A stretch of DNA of 35,452 bases, taken from the NCBI RefSeq assembly GCF_003334305.1, contig NZ_QOWS01000033.1; one strand, given 5' to 3'. Below the pieces are notes generated by a model. That model saw only the letters and a program-made list of their open reading frames with translations, was not told where the DNA came from and did no database searches. Positions 9,303 through 18,008 of this stretch are shown in pieces. Source of the stretch: Escherichia coli. GTDB taxonomy: Bacteria; Pseudomonadota; Gammaproteobacteria; Enterobacterales; Enterobacteriaceae. Made by a program: the position numbers and the translations under genes. The first letter of the stretch is position 1. Every line of letters begins with the position of its first letter.

Positions 9303-9521
9303 ATGATGATTTGCCCACTGTGTGGAAGTGCCGCCCATACTCGCAGCAGTTTTCAGGTATCTTCATTGACCAAAGAGCGTTACAACCAGTGCCAGAACAT
9401 TAACTGCAGCCATACTTTTGTTACCCATGAAACTTTTGTTCGTTCGATTGCAACGCCAAAAGAGTCAAATCCGGTTCAGCCGCATCCTCATAAATTTAAA
9501 CAGGTGGGTTTGCCGATTTAA
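9303..9521 (+). CDS. ogr: Ogr/Delta-type zinc-finger late transcription activator
   Basis: CPLCGSAAHTRSS...YNQCQNINCSHTF is a C4 zinc-finger pattern like P2 Ogr; start placed at the Met preceding CPLC, with a GGGAGA Shine-Dalgarno upstream. Confidence 0.75.
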   Translation: MMICPLCGSAAHTRSSFQVSSLTKERYNQCQNINCSHTFVTHETFVRSIATPKESNPVQPHPHKFKQVGLPI

Positions 9522-9585
9522 ATGGCGACATAACTACATGATTTAAAACTATACTTTTCTATAAGTTGAGGTTAAATTAACAATG

Positions 9586-9762
9586 CCTGACGTTAGCGGG
9601 GATTTATCCCCACTCCGTAGATATGTAGTTTGTCGCTTTGCGACTGCGGACCGATTACCTGATTGCCATGTAATCGGACGCCGACTTGTTAAGCTTTCTG
9701 GGCTAACTGGTTGTTATTTTTTATTTAGTTAGGGCCATGCGCTTGCGCTAAGAGACGTCAGG
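9586..9762 (+). ncRNA. Candidate structured non-coding RNA upstream of the reverse transcriptase (retron msr/msd-like or DRT-type ncRNA)
   Basis: Long-range inverted repeat CCTGACGTTAGCG (9586-9598) with CGCTA-AGAG-ACGTCAGG (9746-9762) enclosing hairpins at 9598-9611, 9632-9644 and 9651-9677; no convincing ORF inside. Confidence 0.4.
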
Positions 9763-9782
9763 TATCTATGGAGGAACAAGTT

Positions 9783-9956
9783 ATGGATACAAACGAACTT
9801 GGCTTAGTTAAGGCGCGTGTTGAACTGATCACCGCTATGCTCAAATGCGCAACCGCGTTTGTTGGCTTAGTTGGTGCGGTTTACGCCGTTCTTAACATGG
9901 CCTTCAACTACAACAATTTAACTCATGACAATAGAAGTTCAAAGGTGGGAAGATAA
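9783..9956 (+). CDS. Small hypothetical protein with one hydrophobic helix (possible small effector, or frameshifted RT N-terminus)
   Basis: Only open frame across 9768-9956; GGAGGA Shine-Dalgarno about 7 nt before the ATG at 9783; hydrophobic stretch AFVGLVGAVYAVLNMAF; overlaps the RT start by about 30 nt in another frame. Confidence 0.3.
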   Translation: MDTNELGLVKARVELITAMLKCATAFVGLVGAVYAVLNMAFNYNNLTHDNRSSKVGR

Positions 9957-10698
9957 ATTTGAGATTAAGCCCGGGGTTTGGGTTTATGTCCCAAGCGTTG
10001 AGGCACGTAAAGTCGGAGGGAAGATACTTCAGGCTGTCAGAAACAAGTGGATTCCGCCACTCTATTTTTACCATCTAAGAACTGGTGGGCATCTTAAAGC
10101 TGCCAGATTACACTTAAAAAGTGATTTTTTTGCCGTTGTTGATATTAAACAATTTTTTCAGTCAACGAGCCGTAGTCGTATCACCCGTGATCTAAAGAGC
10201 TACTTCACCTATTCTCAAGCGCGGGAAATCTCAACATTTTCAACTGTAAGAAACTTGTCCCATAGTCCACATAAGCATGTCCTCCCTTTTGGTTTTGTTC
10301 AATCTCCAATACTTGCAACCCTCTGCTTAGATAAAAGTTATTTTGGTAGCTTACTACGCCGATTGAACAAACATCATGATCTCAAGCTAAGTGTGTTTAT
10401 GGATGATGTGATCATCTCGTCAAACGATTTGGCCCAATTACAAGCGGCTTACGACGAAGCACTAGTGGCAATGCGTAAATCTGGTTATCAAGCCAACATG
10501 AGTAAAACTCAGGCACCATCGTCAAAGATTAGCGTGTTTAATTTAACTTTGAGTAAGGGAGTTATGAAAGTCACATCTCAGAAAATGAGTGACTTCCTGA
10601 TTGATTTCTATTCAAGCAATTATGAGCCGCACAGAATAGGGGTCAAAAACTACGTCGAAGCTGTTAATCCAGGGCAAGCGAAACTCTTTAAGTTGTAA
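9925..10698 (+). CDS. Compact reverse transcriptase (retron/Abi/DRT-like RT domain)
   Basis: RT motifs readable in the translation: fingers FEIKPGVWVYVPS, motif A VVDIKQFFQS, motif B LPFGFVQSPILATLCL, catalytic YxDD box FMDD; AT-rich with rare codons (AGA, ATA, CTA). Confidence 0.75.
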   Translation: MTIEVQRWEDKFEIKPGVWVYVPSVEARKVGGKILQAVRNKWIPPLYFYHLRTGGHLKAARLHLKSDFFAVVDIKQFFQSTSRSRITRDLKSYFTYSQAREISTFSTVRNLSHSPHKHVLPFGFVQSPILATLCLDKSYFGSLLRRLNKHHDLKLSVFMDDVIISSNDLAQLQAAYDEALVAMRKSGYQANMSKTQAPSSKISVFNLTLSKGVMKVTSQKMSDFLIDFYSSNYEPHRIGVKNYVEAVNPGQAKLFKL

Positions 10699-10806
10699 TT
10701 GCGATCGCATGTAGTAGCAACTGGGCTTGACTGAATGTCTGCCGCCATTTTGCCGCCACTACTAAAGAAAAAAGGGCTACGCTTTCACGTAACCCCTTGA
10801 TTTATT

Positions 10807-11169
10807 TGGTGGAGCTGGCGGGAGTTGAACCCGCGTCCGAAATTCCTACATCCTCGGTACTACATGCTTAGTCAGTCTTTACATTCGCTTGCCAGCTGCG
10901 GACGGACACGCCACTAACAAACTAGCCTGATTAAGTTTTAACGCTTCAACCCCAGGCAGGGCTTCCACGCGATCTCTTTTGGGTTTGACCTCTCTTGATC
11001 CCCGTCCTAAGAGCGGAGGCTAGGGAGAGAGGGCTCTAAGCAGGTTATTAAGCTGCTAAAGCGTAGTTTTCGTCGTTTGCGACTATTTTTTGCGGCTTTT
11101 TACGAGGCCAACCGCCCCTCGGCATGCACCTTGGGTTTCGCAAATCCCGTCGAATCCAGAATCAGCCCC
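10807..11169 (-). ncRNA. ssrA: tmRNA (SsrA)
   Basis: Reverse complement matches E. coli tmRNA from GGGGCTGATTCTGG (5' end at 11169) to GCTCCACCA (3' end at 10807), including the tag-coding region. Confidence 0.95.
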
Positions 11170-11383
11170 AATGTGTAAAGGTAAGTATACCAGATTTATG
11201 AGCGCCATGACCAGCCTCAATGGCGTTATCGTTAAAGATTTAGCACCCATGTAGCCTGATTTTTATTCGATTAAGCAATGGGATGGCAACATTTGTGTCG
11301 GATGTGATAGCCAATAAGATGTTCATTCGCGCCGCCGGAGAGGGAGGCGCGGTGAGGAACTGGTCAATAATTGGAGTGCAGGT

Positions 11384-11866
11384 TTAACGGTGGGCGTTTT
11401 TCATGATACGTGCTTTATCCACCTGCCATTCGCGTTCTTTGATATCTGAACGTTTATCGTGCTGTTTTTTACCTTTGGCGACGCCGATTTTCACTTTGCA
11501 CCAGGCATTTTTCCAGTACAGGGAGAGCGCCACTACGGTATAGCCTTCTCGATTGACGCGACCGTACAATGAGTCCAGTTCGCGTTGGTTGAGAAGTAAC
11601 TTGCGGGTACGGGTAGGATCGCACACCACATGCGTGGAGGCCACGGCCATTGGCGTGATGTTAGCGCCAAACAGAAATGCCTCTCCGTCACGCAGAAGGA
11701 CGTAGCTGTCGCTGATATTGGCTTTTCCTGCGCGCAGGGATTTAACCTCCCAGCCTTGCAGGGCAAGTCCCGCTTCGAACTCTTCTTCGATAAAGTATTC
11801 GTGACGGGCGCGCTTGTTAAGCGCGATGGTCGCTGAACCAGGTTTATGTGCTTTTTTCTTCGTCAT
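11384..11866 (-). CDS. smpB: SsrA-binding protein SmpB
   Basis: 160-aa translation is the recognisable SmpB sequence; lies directly upstream of ssrA on the same strand. Confidence 0.95.
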
Positions 11867-11997
11867 AAGCGTCGTGAATCATCGGTAATCTGAAATCGAA
11901 AACACCCCATATCAATCCTGCGGGGGACAAGGCTCTATCTTAGCATGAACCCGATGTTACCCAGCGCCGGGATAGCGTTTTTTTTACAGCAGGATAA

Positions 11998-12474
11998 ATG
12001 ATATTATTTGTTGGATTTTTGTTGATGGAAATTGTTATGCCTCAGATTAGCCGGACCGCACTGGTACCCTACAGCGCGGAGCAAATGTATCAGTTAGTGA
12101 ATGACGTTCAGTCTTATCCTCAGTTTTTGCCGGGTTGTACCGGAAGTCGGATTCTGGAGTCCACTCCTGGGCAGATGACTGCGGCGGTAGATGTCTCTAA
12201 GGCTGGGATCAGCAAAACGTTTACTACCCGCAACCAGTTGACCAGTAACCAAAGTATTCTTATGAATCTGGTGGATGGGCCGTTCAAGAAATTGATTGGT
12301 GGATGGAAGTTTACGCCGCTGAGCCAGGAGGCGTGTCGTATCGAGTTTCATCTCGACTTTGAGTTTACCAATAAGTTGATTGAACTCGCCTTTGGTCGCG
12401 TGTTTAAAGAGCTGGCGTCTAATATGGTCCAGGCTTTTACGGTTCGTGCGAAAGAGGTTTACAGTGCCAGGTAA
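11998..12474 (+). CDS. ratA: Ribosome association toxin RatA (YfjG, SRPBCC family)
   Basis: Conserved divergent neighbour of smpB; translation consistent with YfjG; true start may be an internal Met. Confidence 0.8.
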   Translation: MILFVGFLLMEIVMPQISRTALVPYSAEQMYQLVNDVQSYPQFLPGCTGSRILESTPGQMTAAVDVSKAGISKTFTTRNQLTSNQSILMNLVDGPFKKLIGGWKFTPLSQEACRIEFHLDFEFTNKLIELAFGRVFKELASNMVQAFTVRAKEVYSAR

Positions 12475-12754
12475 AATTGCCGTTGAGGTGGCTTATGCGC
12501 TACCTGAGAAGCAGTACCTGCAGCGCGTGACGCTGCAGGAGGGCGCGATGGTTGAAGAAGCTATTCGCGCCAGTGGCTTGCTGGAATTGCGTACCGATAT
12601 CGATTTAACTAAAAACAAAGTCGGCATTTACAGCCGTCCGGCAAAACTAAGCGATAGTGTGCATGATGGCGATCGGGTGGAGATTTATCGCCCTCTCATT
12701 GCCGATCCGAAAGAGCTTCGCAGGCAACGAGCAGAAAAATCAGCGAATAAATAA
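12464..12754 (+). CDS. ratB: RatB / YfjF (UPF0125 family)
   Basis: GTG start overlapping the ratA stop; 96 aa; conserved operon partner. Confidence 0.75.
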   Translation: MPGKIAVEVAYALPEKQYLQRVTLQEGAMVEEAIRASGLLELRTDIDLTKNKVGIYSRPAKLSDSVHDGDRVEIYRPLIADPKELRRQRAEKSANK

Positions 12755-12761
12755 CAGACAG

Positions 12762-12790
12762 AAAAAAGGTGCTCATTGAGCACCTTTTTT
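12762..12790. terminator. Bidirectional rho-independent terminator between ratB and bamE
   Basis: AAAAAAGGTGCTCATTGAGCACCTTTTTT: GC stem flanked by an A-run and a T-run. Confidence 0.6.
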
Positions 12791-12815
12791 AACGTCTTTG
12801 AGAGCAACTTTATTA

Positions 12816-13157
12816 TTAGTTACCACTCAGCGCAGGTTTGTTATCAATATTGGTCAACACACCGCTACTGTTAAAGGTCAGCGTCAGCGTTTGCTGCGTT
12901 ACACCTTCATGACCTGGTTGCTGGCGGAAGACATAGAACCAGGTATTCGTACCAAATGGATCGGACATCAGCGGTGTACCCAATGCGTACGCAACTTGTT
13001 GTTGCGTCATGCCAACACGTATTTTGGATACGTCGTTAGCGGTCAGATAGTTCCCCTGGTTGATGTCAGGACGGTAAACCACTCGCTCCAGAGTGGAACA
13101 GCCTGCGGTCAACATCAATAGTACTGCTGCTGCAGCAGTCAGCGTTTTACAGCGCAT
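12816..13157 (-). CDS. bamE: Outer membrane protein assembly factor BamE (SmpA)
   Basis: 113-aa lipoprotein with signal peptide and lipobox (LTAGC); conserved position. Confidence 0.9.
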
Positions 13158-13305
13158 AGTGATTTGATTCCTTTTCGGGCCCGAGCAGTACGTGGCTCAT
13201 CTGTAATATGCCGATGATAATAGACCTTTCATCACTTTAAAACCTTTTGCTTTCCGGTCTTACGGCGTTTTGCTGTTTACTCTGACCGTGAAGCAGGAAA
13301 AAAGT

Positions 13306-14967
13306 TTACGCTGCAAGCAGTTCTTTCGCATTCGCCAGTGTATTACGTGTGACTTCACTGCCACCAAGCAGGCGCGCCAGCTCTTGTAACCGCGCTTTTT
13401 TATTCAGGGATTGCATATGCGTTTCTGTCATCGCACCATCGGTTTCTTTGCTGACAAAATAGTGTTGATGACCACATCCCGCGACTTGTGGCAGGTGGGT
13501 AACACACATCACCTGAGTTGATTCGCCGAGTTGACGCAGCAGTTTGCCGACAACTGCCGCTGTTGGACCGCTAATACCTACATCCACTTCATCAAAAATC
13601 AGTGCCGGGGTTTCCATTTTACGCGCCGTGATGACCTGGATTGCCAGTGCGATGCGGGACAATTCACCACCGGATGCGACTTTGGCAATAGGCTGCATTG
13701 GCTGACCTGGGTTGGTGGTTACCCGAAACTCAATACGATCGGCACCGTCAGCGCCCAGGTGATGCTCGTCAAATTTAACATCGATCGTAAACTGCCCATG
13801 CGGCATTGAGAGCGCATGCATACTGTCGGTGATCAGCTGTGCAAGTTCTTCTGCATATTGCTGGCGTTGTTGGTGTAATGCGCGCGCGATTTCCAGTGCC
13901 TGCTGATGATGTTTCGTTACCGCCAGCGCAAGCGTTTCTTGTGAGTCGGCCTGATCGTCCAGTTGCTGCTGTTCTTCCAGTAGCGACTGGTAATACTGTG
14001 GCAATGCCTCAGGGCTGACGTGATGTTTACGTGCCAGCGAAATCTGTTTTGAGATGCGCTGTTCAAGTTCAAATAGTCGGTTGGGATCGAGATCCAGACG
14101 ATCGCAGTAGTGGCGCAGTTCATCGCTGGCTTCAGCAATCTGGATGGTAGCTTCTTCCAGCATATCAAGTACGCCGGACAGTTTGCTGTCCATGCCAATC
14201 AATTCGCTCACCAGTTGTTTAGCCGTGTAAAGCTGACTTTGCAGGTTTGCGTCTTCACCGTCGGCCATTAATGCCAATGCATTCTGGCTGGTGGTCAGCA
14301 ATTGACCGCTGTTCGCCAGACGTTTGTACTCTTCGTCGATTTGTTCAAACTCTCCGGGCTGCGGATTAAATTCGTTAAGTTCTTTTAATTGGTATTGCAG
14401 CAGTTCCGCACGGGCGGCGCGTTCCTGACTTAACTGTTGATGATGCGCGAGGTCACGGCAGCTTTGATGCCACAACTGATAACGTGCGGTCATTTCCTGC
14501 AGTAGAGAGGTTTCATTGGCATAGCCATCAAGCAGGAATTTTTGGTGCTCAGGTTTGGTGAGTAATTGATGAGCGTGCTGACCATGGATCTGAATCAGCA
14601 ACTGACCCAGTTCGCGCAGTTGTGACAGAGGAACAGCTGTACCGTTGATGAAACCACGGGAGCGACCATCGCTGCTGATCACTCGACGAAGCAAACATTC
14701 ATGCCCGTCTTCAAGCTGATTTTCTTCCAGCCAGCGCAGAGCCGCTGGCGTATCTTTCAGAGAAAAACGGGCGCACAGGTCAGCGCGAGCAGCGCCGGTA
14801 CGCACCATGTCGGCTTCAGCGCGACCACCGAGACAAAGACCGAGGGCATCTATTGCAATAGATTTACCCGCGCCGGTCTCGCCAGTTATTACGGTCATGC
14901 CGCTATGAAAATCAATCTCAAGCTCACGAACGATAGCAAAGTTGCTGATGGTCAGTTGTGCCAACAT
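13306..14967 (-). CDS. recN: DNA repair protein RecN
   Basis: 553-aa SMC-like protein with an N-terminal Walker A (GETGAGKS) and LexA boxes upstream. Confidence 0.95.
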
Positions 14968-14995
14968 AGTCGTTTTCCTGTATGAAAAACCATTA

Positions 14996-15033
14996 CTGTT
15001 ATTGTGTACAGTATAAACTGGTTTTATATACAG
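14996..15033. promoter_or_regulatory. LexA (SOS) operators in the recN promoter region
   Basis: CTGT-N8-ACAG at 14996-15011 (CTGTTATTGTGTACAG) and CTGG-N8-ACAG at 15018-15033, directly upstream of recN on the minus strand. Confidence 0.6.
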
Positions 15034-15052
15034 TAAAGAGGCTGGCGTAAAA

Positions 15053-15931
15053 TTAGAATAATTTTTTTGACCAGCCGAGCTTGGTGCTTAATGTGTTGAA
15101 ATAACTGTAATCTTTCGGATGAATCAGATTCAGATGGTAATCACAGCGACGAATCAGGACATCTTCACCTTCCTGAATCGGCAGTGCTATCTGGCTGTCG
15201 CAACTGATTTCCAGGTCGTTACGGCGATGCGAAAAACGCAGACGGATCGTGCTGCTGCTGTTTATGACCAGTGGTCGTGCTGACAACGTATGCGGGAACA
15301 TGGGCACCAGGGTAATCGCATCCAGAGAGGGGGTCAGAATAGGACCGCCTGCAGAGAGGGAATAGGCGGTGGAGCCTGTTGGCGTCGAAATAATTAGTCC
15401 ATCAGATCGCTGAGAAAACGCAAAGATCTCGTCGATATACACTTCGAACTCAATCATATGCGCCACTTTGCCTGGATGAAGCACCACTTCATTTATCGCG
15501 GTGCTGATGCGTTTCTGGCAATCTTGCTGACAGACTTGCGCTTCCAGCAAAAAACGTTTCTCGCTGATGTAGTGGCCTTCCAGCACATCGGCTAACTGTT
15601 GCTGGGCGTTATCGGGGTCAAGGTCAGTCAAGAAACCCAGGTTGCCACGGTTGATTCCAATAACTTTAATATCGTAACGGGCGAGTGTGCGCGCCGCGCC
15701 CAGCATATTACCGTCGCCACCAACGACTACCGCGAGATCAGCTAGTTGCCCAATCTCCGCGAGCGTGCCAGTTTTCACATTCTTCAGTTGCAGTTCGTGA
15801 GCGATTTGTTGCTCAACGATGACCTCGTAACCTTTTGTGCACAGCCAGCGGTAGAGCATTTCATGTGTTGTCAGTGCAGTAGGGTGCCGTGGGTGTCCCA
15901 CAATGCCAATACACTTGAAATGATTATTCAT
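15053..15931 (-). CDS. nadK: NAD kinase
   Basis: 292-aa translation with the GGDG motif ([14 protein letters not shown]); conserved neighbour of recN and grpE. Confidence 0.9.
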
Positions 15932-15979
15932 TTTTCCGAGGTCCTTGTTGCGAAGATTGATGACAATGTGAGTGCTTCC

Positions 15980-16008
15980 CTTGAAACCCTGAAACTGATC
16001 CCCATAAT
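15980..16008 (+). promoter_or_regulatory. Sigma-32 heat-shock promoter of grpE
   Basis: CTTGAAA (15980-15986), 13-nt spacer, CCCCATAAT (16000-16008): a close match to the sigma-32 consensus. Confidence 0.6.
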
Positions 16009-16020
16009 AAGCGAAGTTAG

Positions 16021-16647
<627 letters not shown>

Positions 16648-16668
16648 TTTCTGTTTTCGTAATAATTC

Positions 16669-16700
16669 ACGGCCCTGCATGCGAATGCAGGGCCGTTTTC
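16669..16700 (+). terminator. Rho-independent terminator after grpE
   Basis: CGGCCCTGCA-TGCGAA-TGCAGGGCCG hairpin followed by TTTT. Confidence 0.6.
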
Positions 16701-16701
16701 G

Positions 16702-17964
16702 TTACTCCGCCACACTCTCGCGCAGCGGTTTCACAGGAAAAACTTTTACCTGCTTAATCATATTGTCCTGTACGTCGAGAATATCTATATCGTACTCGCC
16801 AATACGCACGCGGGTGCCTGCGACAGGGATCTCTTCCAGTGCCTCAAGAATGACGCCATTAACCGTGCGGGCATCATCTTCCGGTAGATGCCAGTTAAAG
16901 GCTTTGTTGATTTCCCGCACGTTGGCGGTGCCATCGATAATCACCGAACCGTCGTTTTGCGGCGTGACCTCTTCGGCAAGTGTTGGCGACATCGACGTAG
17001 TGAAATCGCCGACAATCTCTTCCAGAATATCTTCAACCGTCACCAGCCCCTGAATGTCGCCATACTCGTTGACGACCAGGCCGACTTTCTTTTTGTTGCG
17101 CTGAAACTTTACCAACTGCGTGCTGAGCGGCGTACCTTCCGGCACAAAATAGATCTCGTCCGCGGCGCGCAGCATGGTTTCTTTGGTGAACTCTTTTTTC
17201 TCCGACATCAACCGCCAGGCTTCACGTACTCGCAGCATACTGATGGCGTCGTCCAGCGAATCACGGTAGAGCACGATGCGCCCGTGAGGTGAGTGGGAGA
17301 GTTGGCGCAGAATCGATTTCCAGTCATCGTTGATATCAATACCGATAATTTCACTGCGCGGCACCATGATGTCATCAACGGTCATTTTTTCCAGATCGAG
17401 CACCGACAGCAGCATATCCTGATTGCGACGGGAAATTTGTGAGCGTGATTCGTGCACGATAGTGCGCAACTCTTCTTTGCTCAAAGAGCCGCTAACCACG
17501 ATATCGGTTTTGATACCCATCATGCGCATCAGCATACGGGTGATAGCATTCAGCAACCAGACCAGCGGCATCATCAAAATTTGCAGCGGAGCCAGCAGAA
17601 AACTACTCGGATAAGCGACTTTTTCCGGGTACAGCGCGGCAATGGTTTTCGGCAATACCTCAGCAAAAACCAGTACGACAAAAGTCAGCACACCAGTCGC
17701 AATTGCCACGCCCGCATCGCCGTACAAACGCATCCCAACAATAGTGCCGAGCGCGGAGGCAAGAATATTGACCAGGTTATTGCCGATTAACACCAGGCTT
17801 ATCAGGCGGTCTGGCTTACGCAGCAATTTTTCGACGCGTTTGGCCGAGCGATTACCCTGTTTCGCCATATGTCGCAGACGATAGCGGTTGAGGGTCATCA
17901 TTCCGGTTTCGGACCCGGAAAAATAGGCTGAAATGACCACCATGATGATCAGAATAATGATCAA
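16702..17964 (-). CDS. yfjD: CNNM/CorC-family inner membrane protein with CBS domains (YfjD)
   Basis: 420-aa translation with N-terminal transmembrane helices and CBS/CorC-type C-terminus; conserved position. Confidence 0.8.
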   Translation of the reverse strand: MIIILIIMVVISAYFSGSETGMMTLNRYRLRHMAKQGNRSAKRVEKLLRKPDRLISLVLIGNNLVNILASALGTIVGMRLYGDAGVAIATGVLTFVVLVFAEVLPKTIAALYPEKVAYPSSFLLAPLQILMMPLVWLLNAITRMLMRMMGIKTDIVVSGSLSKEELRTIVHESRSQISRRNQDMLLSVLDLEKMTVDDIMVPRSEIIGIDINDDWKSILRQLSHSPHGRIVLYRDSLDDAISMLRVREAWRLMSEKKEFTKETMLRAADEIYFVPEGTPLSTQLVKFQRNKKKVGLVVNEYGDIQGLVTVEDILEEIVGDFTTSMSPTLAEEVTPQNDGSVIIDGTANVREINKAFNWHLPEDDARTVNGVILEALEEIPVAGTRVRIGEYDIDILDVQDNMIKQVKVFPVKPLRESVAE

Positions 17965-18008
17965 CGTAGTAGTAGAAATGTGTTCCAGGGGAAACTCCTT
18001 TTCTGGGT

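Noticed and set aside
9209-9403. 64-aa plus-strand ORF overlapping the start of ogr
   Set aside because: A different frame from the zinc-finger ORF, which has a good Shine-Dalgarno and a recognisable Ogr-like sequence; likely spurious.
9925-10698. Calling the RT a bona fide retron RT, or assigning it to a named DRT/Abi family
   Set aside because: Motifs A, B and YxDD are retron/Abi-like, but I could not find a clear retron VTG thumb motif (only KVTS), the protein is unusually short, and no search was possible; the family is left open.
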